Virus record (IMG/VR): IMGVR_UViG_3300044728_000133
From: a virus
Lineage: Duplodnaviria > Heunggongvirae > Uroviricota > Caudoviricetes
Length of the DNA: 64,000 bases
Reading direction: 5' to 3' (one strand)
Part shown: positions 23,136 through 31,542 of the stretch, one piece after another
How positions within the stretch are numbered: position 1 is the stretch's first letter
Layout: each line of letters begins with the position of its first letter
Position numbers and translations under genes: made by a program
Notes under the pieces: model-generated
What the model saw: only the letters and a program-made list of their open reading frames with translations
What the model was told of the DNA's origin: nothing
Databases searched by the model: none

Positions 23136-23740
23136 GGCTCCTGCCTCGAAGCTGGAGCGTCCTCTTGGTATGAGGCGTTCGAGTTGGGAGGCAGGGCCAC
23201 CGTCTCGATGCCACACGTCATGCAGCGATACACACCAGCGTTTACCGGCAGACTCCATTCGTGCTCGTGCGGTTCAGAAGCTGGATCTCGTTCGCCGTAG
23301 AGCAGCCACAGCGTCCCGCTCACCTGAGTCTCGAACAGCGTCCCGTCGAACGAGCCCCCGTCGATGGCTTCCTTCACGGTGAGGGCGAGACGCTCTAGGA
23401 GTTGCTCCCGGGTCTGCTCACCGTTCGGGCTGTCCGCTGGAGAAGAGACACCTTCCAGCGCAGCGCGAGCGGTAGCAGCGATGCGCGTGGAAGTTGTCTG
23501 AACGAGGATTGATCGCAGCGCCCCCTGTGCCGTCTCCAACTGCTCTTCGATGCTCCGCAGTCGCTCCAGTTCCTTGACCGTCTCGTCAATGGCTGCGTCG
23601 AACCCGGCCTCAGCTTCTGCCAGTCCACGCACGACCTTACGAGCGATCACGTTTTCGAGGCACGCGACGTACCAGTTGACGCGATCCACCCACTCCTCTG
23701 CGTCTGTGCGGGGAACCGAATGTGGTGAAGAGGCGCTCAT
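23132..23740 (-). CDS. hypothetical protein
   Basis: 202 aa ORF; coiled-coil middle; C-terminal CMTCG. Confidence 0.55.
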   Translation of the reverse strand: MSASSPHSVPRTDAEEWVDRVNWYVACLENVIARKVVRGLAEAEAGFDAAIDETVKELERLRSIEEQLETAQGALRSILVQTTSTRIAATARAALEGVSSPADSPNGEQTREQLLERLALTVKEAIDGGSFDGTLFETQVSGTLWLLYGERDPASEPHEHEWSLPVNAGVYRCMTCGIETVALPPNSNASYQEDAPASRQEP

Positions 23741-23940
23741 GCGACCCTCTCCGGATTCTTCGGGTGATCCAGCAGCGTGATTCCGTCCATCGCCATGCGT
23801 CTGCGAGAGCAGCTAATTCCGTCCCGACACAACATGAGCCGCCGACCGTCGCGCTGCTTGCAGACCACGAGATCGTCAACCCGTCCGCAGCGAACGCAGA
23901 TGCGGTAGAGCGGACCGGAAGTCGGTGAAGAGGTGCTCAT
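23737..23940 (-). CDS. small zinc-finger protein
   Basis: 67 aa; CVRCG...C...C; ATGA overlaps both sides. Confidence 0.5.
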   Translation of the reverse strand: MSTSSPTSGPLYRICVRCGRVDDLVVCKQRDGRRLMLCRDGISCSRRRMAMDGITLLDHPKNPERVA

Positions 23941-24212
23941 CGCAGCGACCTCTTGAGGATGTCGGTAAACGAAGATCCGTCGAGCGCCTCCTCCCAGTAC
24001 GCACGCTCTGCTTCAAGTTTGGCGACATAGGCATCGTCGCTCCGGTCACCACGCTCCATGTCGTGTTCGACCTTGCGAACTGTGAGCGGGCACGGGTTGC
24101 CTTCCCCATGCGGTGGCACGCCCCAGGCAGCCGCCCCGCAGTGTCCGCACCAGACCCAAGTGTCGAGATCGTGCGGAGCCGAAGTCGGTTTGTGTTCCGT
24201 GGTCATCGCCAT
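23937..24212 (-). CDS. small Cys-containing protein (N-terminus MAMTTEHKPT)
   Basis: internal start of ORF 23937..24296; ATGA overlap; first 8 codons identical at DNA level to gene 38908..39165. Confidence 0.5.
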   Translation of the reverse strand: MAMTTEHKPTSAPHDLDTWVWCGHCGAAAWGVPPHGEGNPCPLTVRKVEHDMERGDRSDDAYVAKLEAERAYWEEALDGSSFTDILKRSLR

Positions 24213-24526
24213 GTCTTGACCACCGCCTCGGGGTGTGTCTCGCAGGCCGCGAGGTATTCCTCGGTGAATCGCACCAGGCCGTCGTAATCGCCCCATCCAT
24301 TCTCTGGGTTGAACTCTTGGAGCCTGTCCCTCTCAGTGATGAGGCGACCCAGACCGCGACGAAGCAGCGGGACAAGCTCAACTGCCTTCTCGACTGGGAT
24401 CTCCTCAGGTCGCCAAAGCGGCTTGTAGAGATCGACTTCGTCAGCCATGCGGCCCATGTTGTGCGTGATGTTCGCGGTGAACACCGTAGTTGGCCGGACT
24501 TCCTCCAGGTAGACGTCGAGGCTCAT
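24203..24526 (-). CDS. hypothetical protein
   Basis: 107 aa ORF. Confidence 0.55.
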   Translation of the reverse strand: MSLDVYLEEVRPTTVFTANITHNMGRMADEVDLYKPLWRPEEIPVEKAVELVPLLRRGLGRLITERDRLQEFNPENGWGDYDGLVRFTEEYLAACETHPEAVVKTWR

Positions 24527-24753
24527 CGATCATCCCTCGCTGGGATCTCGAACAACTTCTCCTCCTGAAGCGGAGCGGCGCGTTTGCGCGGGACCACCTC
24601 CGTTGCCTTCTCGGGGTAGTCGTGGATGTACGTGCACCTCGCGCAGTGCCAGAGACTGTTGATCACCGACTTCGAACCTGAGCCGAGGGACACGCCGCAG
24701 CCTGCGCAGTAAGGCTTGACCGGCTTCTTCGGGTTGCCACCTTGCATGCTCAT
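24523..24753 (-). CDS. zinc-ribbon protein
   Basis: 76 aa; CAGCG...CARC. Confidence 0.5.
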   Translation of the reverse strand: MSMQGGNPKKPVKPYCAGCGVSLGSGSKSVINSLWHCARCTYIHDYPEKATEVVPRKRAAPLQEEKLFEIPARDDR

Positions 24754-25097
24754 GAGTGAAGCCTCCTCGTCTCGAAGATGCCCACGAGATCGGGCTCGCG
24801 GAGCATCACAAGACGCGCGTAGTAGGAGTGGTAGTTGTTGTTCAGCTTGAAGTGGTCGCCGCCCGTGGCGAGGGTGTGCCGCCAGCGCAGAACCTCGAAG
24901 AGCATCTTCATGCCGATCTTGGTGGCGCCTCTGCGCTTCGCTCGCCGCGCGAGCATGACGATCTCCTGATAGACGTGGGGGTTCTCGCCATGGAAGCGGA
25001 GGAAAGCTTTCTCGATCGTCGGCTCCGGTTCCGGGCCGATGTGGCCCACCGGGTACTCGACGACGGGATAGGAGTCGAAGTCAAGCTGTTCGTTCAT
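24750..25097 (-). CDS. hypothetical protein
   Basis: 115 aa ORF. Confidence 0.55.
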   Translation of the reverse strand: MNEQLDFDSYPVVEYPVGHIGPEPEPTIEKAFLRFHGENPHVYQEIVMLARRAKRRGATKIGMKMLFEVLRWRHTLATGGDHFKLNNNYHSYYARLVMLREPDLVGIFETRRLHS

Positions 25098-25537
25098 ACG
25101 TGGGTCACCACCGTGAAGCGATCATCGAGGATGAGTGAAAGGGCAGGTCCGACGTCCTCCCACTTGAGCCCTCCCAGTCCGCATCCAGGACGCGGCATGA
25201 CCACCCGCTTCCAGCCGTAGTCTTCGGCGTACTCCACAAGTTCCCTGGTGGAGCGCTCGATGAGGTTGAGGTTGGAGGGATTGCTGACATCGTTCTTGGT
25301 CGGCATCGTCACGATCGCCTGCCGGGAGTCATAGTGGAAGACGTGGACGTGGTTGCCCTTGCTCTGCAGCCGGGCGCCCAGACAGCCCGGGAGCAAGGGG
25401 TAACGCTGAGCTGCTTCCCAGGCACAACCGCCGCCCATGATGTTCTCGCCGTTTCGCTTCACCGTCGAGTTCGTCGTGATCACGATCGCGTCGGCCGTCC
25501 TGCCGATCTTCCAGAGGTCACCTTTCGCTTCGATCAC
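25094..25537 (-). CDS. macro domain protein (ADP-ribose binding / ADP-ribosyl-hydrolase-like)
   Basis: 147 aa; DAIVITTNSTVKRNGENIMGGGCAWEAAQ and MPRPGCGLGGLKWEDV resemble macro-domain motifs (N-x-A-N...GGG..A; G-x-G phosphate loop). Confidence 0.55.
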   Translation of the reverse strand: MIEAKGDLWKIGRTADAIVITTNSTVKRNGENIMGGGCAWEAAQRYPLLPGCLGARLQSKGNHVHVFHYDSRQAIVTMPTKNDVSNPSNLNLIERSTRELVEYAEDYGWKRVVMPRPGCGLGGLKWEDVGPALSLILDDRFTVVTHV

Positions 25538-25627
25538 GCTCGTGCCATTCCCAGAGCATGAGCTTTGTCCAGCCCAAGCCGCCGAAGATGATGATCAAGA
25601 GCACGCTGAGGACGATCAGGTCACGGA

Positions 25628-26332
25628 TCATCGGGCGACCTGCTTCACCAGTTCGAGCATTCGTGTTCTCTCCTTTGTGTGATCTGCCTGCTTCCACATT
25701 CTGTTCGGATCGGAGTCCCAGGGCAAACGCTCATAGGACACGTCGACGAGTACGCGGGGGGTGAGAGCAGTGAAGACAATGTCGCAGGTGCGGAGCAACG
25801 AGGGCTGATCGTCAGGTAGGCCAGTGGGCTGCACACCGAACGCACGCGCGAACTTCCCGTGCGCTTTCTTCGGCGCATCCCGGTGGAAGCACGCCCCGAA
25901 ACCGACGAGCGCGTGCTCCTCGTAGAAGTCGTGCCGGAACTCGGGCGGCATGTTGCAGACAACGCCCTCAAACCAAAGCTGCTTCGGCGGCATATCGTCC
26001 AGCGCCCACCCGCATTTCGCCGTGTAGGCATTGACGATCGCCTGCGGATCACTCACGATCACGTCGTCGTCCTGAACGTAAATCAGATCGTGGGTTGCAT
26101 ACTCGATGGCGGCGTAGCGGCCGTAAACAGAGAGATCTCGCACGCGCTGTCCATCCCAGAACTCCTCAATCACCGTGTCGAGGTGGACTGGGAGAGGATA
26201 GTCCCGCTTTCGGATCGAGATTCTCCTCGCACCATTGTCCCAGATAACAACCTCCCACTTATCCGGGAGCGAATCGAGGATCTCGCCGAGATCATGGTCG
26301 CCACGGGTGACGATGATGGCGGTGACGTTCAC
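25628..26332 (-). CDS. putative glycosyltransferase-like protein (paralog A)
   Basis: 234 aa; IVTRGD...VWDNG...GRYAAIEYATHDLIYVQDDD...NRMWKQ; paralogous to 27483..28091. Confidence 0.5.
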   Translation of the reverse strand: MNVTAIIVTRGDHDLGEILDSLPDKWEVVIWDNGARRISIRKRDYPLPVHLDTVIEEFWDGQRVRDLSVYGRYAAIEYATHDLIYVQDDDVIVSDPQAIVNAYTAKCGWALDDMPPKQLWFEGVVCNMPPEFRHDFYEEHALVGFGACFHRDAPKKAHGKFARAFGVQPTGLPDDQPSLLRTCDIVFTALTPRVLVDVSYERLPWDSDPNRMWKQADHTKERTRMLELVKQVAR

Positions 26333-26658
26333 GCGGGCCTGCGGAACCAGATGATGTGGTTGCCGAATGAGTCCGACACGCCGAACGGCTCCCAGCCCTC
26401 GGTGAGGTGGAGCAGCACCTGATGCCCGCCCCAGCCCGCCGACTGGAACCTGATCTCGTAGACCTTGTGATGGCGCTGGTCAGCGCGCCGCCGCGTCCAC
26501 ACGCGGATCTGATTCAGGTCAGTCGTGTTGGGAACCGCGGAGACGCCGAACAGCTCGTAGCCGTCGTGAACGATGAACGACGCCTCGGAGCCGTTCCAGT
26601 GAATGTCGAAGGGCTGGATCTCCCAGTCGTGGCGCTTGCGGTGCCAAGGCCAGTTCAC
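26329..26658 (-). CDS. hypothetical protein
   Basis: 109 aa ORF, ATGA overlap. Confidence 0.5.
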   Translation of the reverse strand: MNWPWHRKRHDWEIQPFDIHWNGSEASFIVHDGYELFGVSAVPNTTDLNQIRVWTRRRADQRHHKVYEIRFQSAGWGGHQVLLHLTEGWEPFGVSDSFGNHIIWFRRPA

Positions 26659-26846
26659 GACGGCTCAGTCTCATCAGGGTCAAAGATGCGGAAGTCCATA
26701 CGCATCTCGTCTGTGATCGTTGCGCGAATAGCGTCGAGGTCGCTCTCGCCGCCGTCGATCCCCCATCCACCGTTTCGATGACTGATCCGGTTGAACACCT
26801 TGCGACCACGGAGGCGGTCAGCGAGCCACCACCGTATGCGACACAT
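26655..26846 (-). CDS. small hypothetical protein
   Basis: internal start of ORF 26655..27005. Confidence 0.3.
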   Translation of the reverse strand: MCRIRWWLADRLRGRKVFNRISHRNGGWGIDGGESDLDAIRATITDEMRMDFRIFDPDETEPS

Positions 26847-26884
26847 ACGCCAGCCCTCGTCGTCGCGGCAAGGCCGACGGTCAC

Positions 26885-27079
26885 TCACTTCGGCGCATCC
26901 TCGATTGGAGCATACGAGAGTGCGTCGGAGAGCACAGCATCGGGCAGCATCAGGTCGGAGTAGTCGTGCGTCTGGTCGAACCAGATCGCCTGGTGCACAG
27001 GCCACGCCGCCTTGACCACGTTCGAGTACGCCTTCGCGGTCGACGAGCGCATGATGGTTATCGGACCGAGACGAATCAT
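26885..27079 (-). CDS. small hypothetical protein
   Basis: 64 aa; ATGA overlap with 27076.. Confidence 0.45.
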   Translation of the reverse strand: MIRLGPITIMRSSTAKAYSNVVKAAWPVHQAIWFDQTHDYSDLMLPDAVLSDALSYAPIEDAPK

Positions 27080-27486
27080 TGAGGGCTAATCACTCCATTC
27101 ACCAAGTGGAACCCTCGGCCGGTGCGCTCCGAGAGCCAGTAGAGGGCGTCATTGCATGCCTGCCATTCGGAGGGTGTGGCGTGGAGCAGGTGCTGTTCCT
27201 CGTTGGGCTCGGCGCAGCGCACGCAGCCCTCGCGGTACATGCCCTGGACGATGAGCTTGACGCCGCAGTTCGTCATGAACTCGGCCTCGAGGGCTCGCCA
27301 CTTCGACTCTGACTCGATGGTGCCCTCCTGAGAGCGCGGCGGCGTCTGGTAGACCTGGCCGCAGCTGAGGCAGAGCCACTGCCACTCGCGCATGTACAGC
27401 TGGAAGATCAGGAGGGATCCGCAGTTGCAGATGCCAACTTGACCCAGCCTCCCGGAGTCGATCTGAAGCGCTTTGATGTCAATCAC
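27076..27486 (-). CDS. Cys-rich hypothetical protein
   Basis: GTG internal start with agga SD and GTGA overlap with upstream gene; CNCG, CLSCG, CVRC motifs. Confidence 0.5.
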   Translation of the reverse strand: MIDIKALQIDSGRLGQVGICNCGSLLIFQLYMREWQWLCLSCGQVYQTPPRSQEGTIESESKWRALEAEFMTNCGVKLIVQGMYREGCVRCAEPNEEQHLLHATPSEWQACNDALYWLSERTGRGFHLVNGVISPQ

Positions 27487-28091
27487 AGTCCTAGCTCCTT
27501 CCTCATGCGACGGCCGCGTGCCAGCCAAAACTCCGTCGCCTCGTAAAAGCCTGGTTGCTTCCACATTCTGTTCTCGCGCTCCAGCACCGGACCTTCCTGG
27601 TCGAGCCACTGGATGCCGTGCGTGATCGTCTTGTTGCGCGAGAGCACCGGGAAAATGATCTCTGCTCCCAGCCCGCGGTGCGGATTGCCGTTCTCTTCCC
27701 ATAGCTCGTGGACGGGGAAGTGAAGCCCGTACTTGAGAAACGCGGAGAGTGGCATTTCGCGATCGAAAATCGACCCCCAGCCGAGAAGCGTTGTGCCCTC
27801 ATAGCGGTGCAAACGGCCGGGATCATCGAAGGCGTTGCCGGTGACCACACCGGGTTCATACGCCGCCAGTAGTTCCTCGTGGCAGGTCACCAGGCAGTCA
27901 TCGTCTTGGAAGTAGATGACCGACTTGGTCGCCTCGAAGATCGCCATGTAGCGACCGAACACGCCGTAGTTCACGGGGCGCGTCGAGTTGTCCCAAACAA
28001 CGGTCTCTCCATAAGGCAGGCTGTCGATGATCGCCTGCATGTCGACGTCACCTCTCGTCACCAGGACGGCACTTACGTCATCGAAGGTCAT
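27483..28091 (-). CDS. putative glycosyltransferase-like protein (paralog B)
   Basis: 202 aa; LVTRGD...VWDNS...GRYMAIFEATKSVIYFQDDD...NRMWKQ. Confidence 0.5.
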   Translation of the reverse strand: MTFDDVSAVLVTRGDVDMQAIIDSLPYGETVVWDNSTRPVNYGVFGRYMAIFEATKSVIYFQDDDCLVTCHEELLAAYEPGVVTGNAFDDPGRLHRYEGTTLLGWGSIFDREMPLSAFLKYGLHFPVHELWEENGNPHRGLGAEIIFPVLSRNKTITHGIQWLDQEGPVLERENRMWKQPGFYEATEFWLARGRRMRKELGL

Positions 28092-28327
28092 TCGACCTCA
28101 TCCCAGGTCTCAAAAGAACCAGCATGGGGACGCCATTCGTGACCGATGTGTCCCTGGCAACGATTCCCGCCCGGAGAGACGGATGAACAACGAGCAGGGC
28201 AATCGTGACCCTTCAGACGAAAGCCGTCGCACTCAGTGCAGTATTCAGTCTCCCCCGGCTCGCCTCGGAGCACATCTCGTAGACCATCCGGCAAATCTTC
28301 CTCAGAAGCAGGTCCAAGGACTCTCAC
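28088..28327 (-). CDS. small Cys-rich protein
   Basis: 79 aa; CTECDG...C...C. Confidence 0.5.
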   Translation of the reverse strand: MRVLGPASEEDLPDGLRDVLRGEPGETEYCTECDGFRLKGHDCPARCSSVSPGGNRCQGHIGHEWRPHAGSFETWDEVE

Positions 28328-28896
28328 GCCCGCGCGACCAAGCCGTAACCGAGCGCGAAGTCGTAGCCAAGGTACTCGCCATCAGCAGATCCATGAACAA
28401 CTGCGCGGCGGTCGTGGCGAAGGATCGAGAACCCAGCCTCGATGAGCAGGCGCTCCATCCCGGCCTTCGTGAAGCGATGGAGATCGGCCTCTTGAACCTC
28501 AGGCCAGTTCGTCGGATACGTCATCACGAGCACGCCCACGCGGTCTGTTCTCCATGCACCCAACGTGTAGCCGAGACGCCGGATGAAGCCCTCGTAGTTC
28601 GGGACGTACTGGAGGACCTGGGTGCAGAGGATGGTGTCCCAGAGGTTGCCGTATGCCCAGAAGTCGTACCGAGCCAACTCAGGATTCACGTCCCCGCCCT
28701 GGTTGACCGGGTTGCTCTCCAGGTCGAACCCGGTGTACTCACCCCCGTGCTCCTCGACGATCCGGCGATAGGGGCTTGTTCCGCAGCCATAGTCGAGGAC
28801 ACGTCCCTTGAAGTAGCCCTCGTCGGCCACGCTGTTCAGGAACTTGCGGATGGAATCGTTCTCGAGTTCGGTGAGCAAGTCGGTCACTTGAACCAC
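28324..28896 (-). CDS. class I SAM-dependent methyltransferase
   Basis: 190 aa; VLDYGCGTSPY motif I. Confidence 0.7.
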   Translation of the reverse strand: MVQVTDLLTELENDSIRKFLNSVADEGYFKGRVLDYGCGTSPYRRIVEEHGGEYTGFDLESNPVNQGGDVNPELARYDFWAYGNLWDTILCTQVLQYVPNYEGFIRRLGYTLGAWRTDRVGVLVMTYPTNWPEVQEADLHRFTKAGMERLLIEAGFSILRHDRRAVVHGSADGEYLGYDFALGYGLVARA

Positions 28897-29159
28897 TCCT
28901 CGGGAGCACGCTCGCCCTTGTAGTAGTCGACGACCCCTGCCAGCGGAGTGGGGACGGTCTTGCGCAGACCGATGAAGCGAATCGGCGGCGGTCCCCCCAT
29001 CGGACTGGGTCCCTGGCTCGACCAGTCTCCGACAACGATGAATCCTGCGGCGAGCGCTCGCTTCAGCGTTTCGTCATGCCCTGTGATAATGACCGCTGCA
29101 TTGTGCTGGACGGCTGTCTCCCTCGTGGCTGCCTGGGCACGCAATTCGTAATCGCTCAT
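28884..29159 (-). CDS. hypothetical protein
   Basis: internal start MSDYELRAQ... of ORF 28884..29465; ATGA overlap with PIG-L gene. Confidence 0.45.
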   Translation of the reverse strand: MSDYELRAQAATRETAVQHNAAVIITGHDETLKRALAAGFIVVGDWSSQGPSPMGGPPPIRFIGLRKTVPTPLAGVVDYYKGERAPEEWFK

Positions 29160-29707
29160 GCCAAGTACTCCTTCATGTTCTCGGCGAAGTGCCGATACGA
29201 GGGTGTCCGCGCCTGCGAGCCATAACAGGCCAGGGCGGCGTGCTTCTGGAAGAGCCAGGCCGGTTCGTACTCGATCTCGGTTCCGTCCGTCGAACGGACG
29301 AGTGGCGGATTCGTGTACGTGAGGTAGTGCTCGACTTGCACGTCTGCGAACACGGTGTCGGCCAGGCTGGCGATCAGGTTGTGCTGAACGTTCCCGTTCG
29401 GCTCGAAGGCGGGAGCGAAGATGGCATCCCAGTCGTCCTCCCCAGCCGGATCGCGCAGGCCCCACATGAACGCCTCGACCTCATCGTCGGAGGCGTAGCG
29501 ATCGCCGAGAGGCCACTGTCGCCATGCGCAGCCGAGGATGGACATGGCCCGTTCGGTCTCGGCCTCGCGCACCCCAGCCGGGACACCGAAATCGTCCTGT
29601 TGTTCGGAGCGGAAGCAGATGACGACGAGCGGCCTGTAACGCAGACAGAGGAAGCTCGCGAAGAGCGCTTCGTCGTCGGAGTGTGGAGCGAACAGGAGCG
29701 CCCTCAT
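29156..29707 (-). CDS. PIG-L/LmbE family N-acetylglucosaminyl deacetylase
   Basis: internal start MRALLFAPHSDDEALF (HPDDE-type motif); ATGA overlap. Confidence 0.65.
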   Translation of the reverse strand: MRALLFAPHSDDEALFASFLCLRYRPLVVICFRSEQQDDFGVPAGVREAETERAMSILGCAWRQWPLGDRYASDDEVEAFMWGLRDPAGEDDWDAIFAPAFEPNGNVQHNLIASLADTVFADVQVEHYLTYTNPPLVRSTDGTEIEYEPAWLFQKHAALACYGSQARTPSYRHFAENMKEYLA

Positions 29708-30204
29708 GAGTGCACCAAGCGGATGGCGACCTCTGGCACGTACACCTCGGGGCCGCGCAACTCTGACTTCACGACGTAGAGGGCCACCTGGCCGAATGCC
29801 TCGAAGTAGCCCGGGGTCCAATCGCCCTCGCCGTACATGTTCGAGCCACCGCTGCCCGCCTGAGTGATGCCGTATTGCTTGCGTACCTGACCGACCACGA
29901 CACCACTGCCTTCGTGCTCCCACTGGAAGATTGTCTTGTTGCGCTTCTCCCAGCGCTCCTCACTCACGGGATATCGACGGCGCTTGTTCGTGTCGAGTTC
30001 AACGAGTTCCTCAAGAGTGGCGAAGACGAACGGCGTTACGCATGTCATCACAACCAGGCCGTCGCCTCTGATGGTCGCGTTCATCTTCTTGGGCTCAGTA
30101 AGCTCCCACTGGCCCCACTTCCGTGCCTCGCCTATGCCGTGTGGACTCCGACGAGCGACGCCGGCTCGATGGGTGAAGGTGACGTGTGAGCCCAGGGCGA
30201 TCAT
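29704..30204 (-). CDS. hypothetical protein
   Basis: 166 aa ORF. Confidence 0.55.
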   Translation of the reverse strand: MIALGSHVTFTHRAGVARRSPHGIGEARKWGQWELTEPKKMNATIRGDGLVVMTCVTPFVFATLEELVELDTNKRRRYPVSEERWEKRNKTIFQWEHEGSGVVVGQVRKQYGITQAGSGGSNMYGEGDWTPGYFEAFGQVALYVVKSELRGPEVYVPEVAIRLVHS

Positions 30205-30530
30205 GAGACCTTCTTCCGGACGCCCACCCGCGTGAGCATGGTCAGAACGATGTCGTCGCCCAGTGGATCGCGCTTCACGATGAAGCCATAGTCGTCATCG
30301 CACTGGACGAAACGTTGCCCGCCGGGCAGCTGGCGATTTTTCCTCCCGTAGAGCACGAAGCCCTCGGGCCTGTGGTTGAAGACGCGTCCCTCGGCGATCG
30401 CCTTCTCAACGCAATCATGGATCTCCTGCTCGACTACTCGGAACGGACGCTTGTCGACTGCCCGGACGTGCTGGCGATTGCGGAGCGCCTCAGTCGCGTG
30501 ATGCGAAACGAGGATTGATCTGCTGGCCAT
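30201..30530 (-). CDS. hypothetical protein
   Basis: start at second ATG (MASRSILV) 6 nt after aaaggag SD. Confidence 0.5.
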   Translation of the reverse strand: MASRSILVSHHATEALRNRQHVRAVDKRPFRVVEQEIHDCVEKAIAEGRVFNHRPEGFVLYGRKNRQLPGGQRFVQCDDDYGFIVKRDPLGDDIVLTMLTRVGVRKKVS

Positions 30531-30595
30531 GGACATCTCCTTTCTACTGGTCTCCCTCCGCATCCCGCCAGAGAGATGCGGAGGGACAACCAGCT

Positions 30596-30862
30596 CTAGA
30601 CGGTCGGACGACCAAGCGGCCCGTCGGGACCGTCGAGATCTTCCTCTTCAGGCGGTGTAGCCGTGAACGTGACCTTCGAGATAACGAAAACGCGCTGCAG
30701 GCTGGACGCAAGAGTCACCCAGATCGACCCCAAGGACCATGTTGGGTTCTTCTCGATGGCCTTGCTTGCAGCGTCCTCGACGTCTTCGGCATCGACTCGC
30801 ATGTGCGCTTTCGTGTAGCCACCGTTCGATTCATAGAGAACGACGTACTCGTTCATGCTCAT
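30596..30862 (-). CDS. hypothetical protein
   Basis: 88 aa ORF. Confidence 0.5.
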   Translation of the reverse strand: MSMNEYVVLYESNGGYTKAHMRVDAEDVEDAASKAIEKNPTWSLGSIWVTLASSLQRVFVISKVTFTATPPEEEDLDGPDGPLGRPTV

Positions 30863-31080
30863 GAGTCTTTACGGTACGCCGTCGTCGACTGGTAGTCAGG
30901 ATCAGCTGGGGTGCGCCCGGCCCAGTCGCGTGGTTCCAGAGGGGGAGCTTCCCCCTTCTGGATGCTGTCGCCCCAGCGGCGCTTCGCCTTCGTGCTGCGA
31001 GCGAAGACCCAGGGCACGATGGCAAAGGCCACGATGATCACGATCAGGGCGATGAAGGAGAGCTCGAGTGCCCGTCCCAT
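30859..31080 (-). CDS. small membrane protein
   Basis: start MGRALELSFIALIVIIVAFAIV with aaaggagg SD; single TM. Confidence 0.5.
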   Translation of the reverse strand: MGRALELSFIALIVIIVAFAIVPWVFARSTKAKRRWGDSIQKGEAPPLEPRDWAGRTPADPDYQSTTAYRKDS

Positions 31081-31229
31081 CACGCCTCCTTTCCGAAGAG
31101 AGCTTCCCAGACCGGCATGCAACCCTCGCCCTTCGGCTCCCAGGGGCCGACCGGCGGGAGCGGGATCTCGGGCATCCAGTCACGCGGGCTGAAGAACAGC
31201 TTGAGTTCCTTCAGGAACTGCCTAGCCAT
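31080..31229 (-). CDS. small hypothetical protein
   Basis: internal start MARQFLKELK with gaaggag SD. Confidence 0.3.
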   Translation of the reverse strand: MARQFLKELKLFFSPRDWMPEIPLPPVGPWEPKGEGCMPVWEALFGKEA

Positions 31230-31542
31230 AGGTGTCTCCTTCTGTGATGCCAAGCCACTCACTCTTGTCCAGGCGCTTACTGCAGAACGTCCCATCGCCG
31301 CGTTCGACGGCAATGTAGTACCGCGTGCTCCCCGAAGGGAAGGTGACGCCTCCACTGACGACGCCCACACCAGGCTTGTACTCCGTGTATGTCTTGGTGA
31401 CCTTGCCGATGCAGCCACTCCCGGCAACGCCCTCCTCCCCGCCGCAACCAACGAGGAGGAGAACGATGGCAATGACGGCCATGACGACAGCCGCGACGAC
31501 TAGACCGACGGTCAGCCGATCACGTATCTGAACGAAGATCAC
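31222..31542 (-). CDS. putative lipoprotein/membrane protein
   Basis: 106 aa; hydrophobic N-terminus ending LLLVGCGG lipobox-like. Confidence 0.5.
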   Translation of the reverse strand: MIFVQIRDRLTVGLVVAAVVMAVIAIVLLLVGCGGEEGVAGSGCIGKVTKTYTEYKPGVGVVSGGVTFPSGSTRYYIAVERGDGTFCSKRLDKSEWLGITEGDTYG

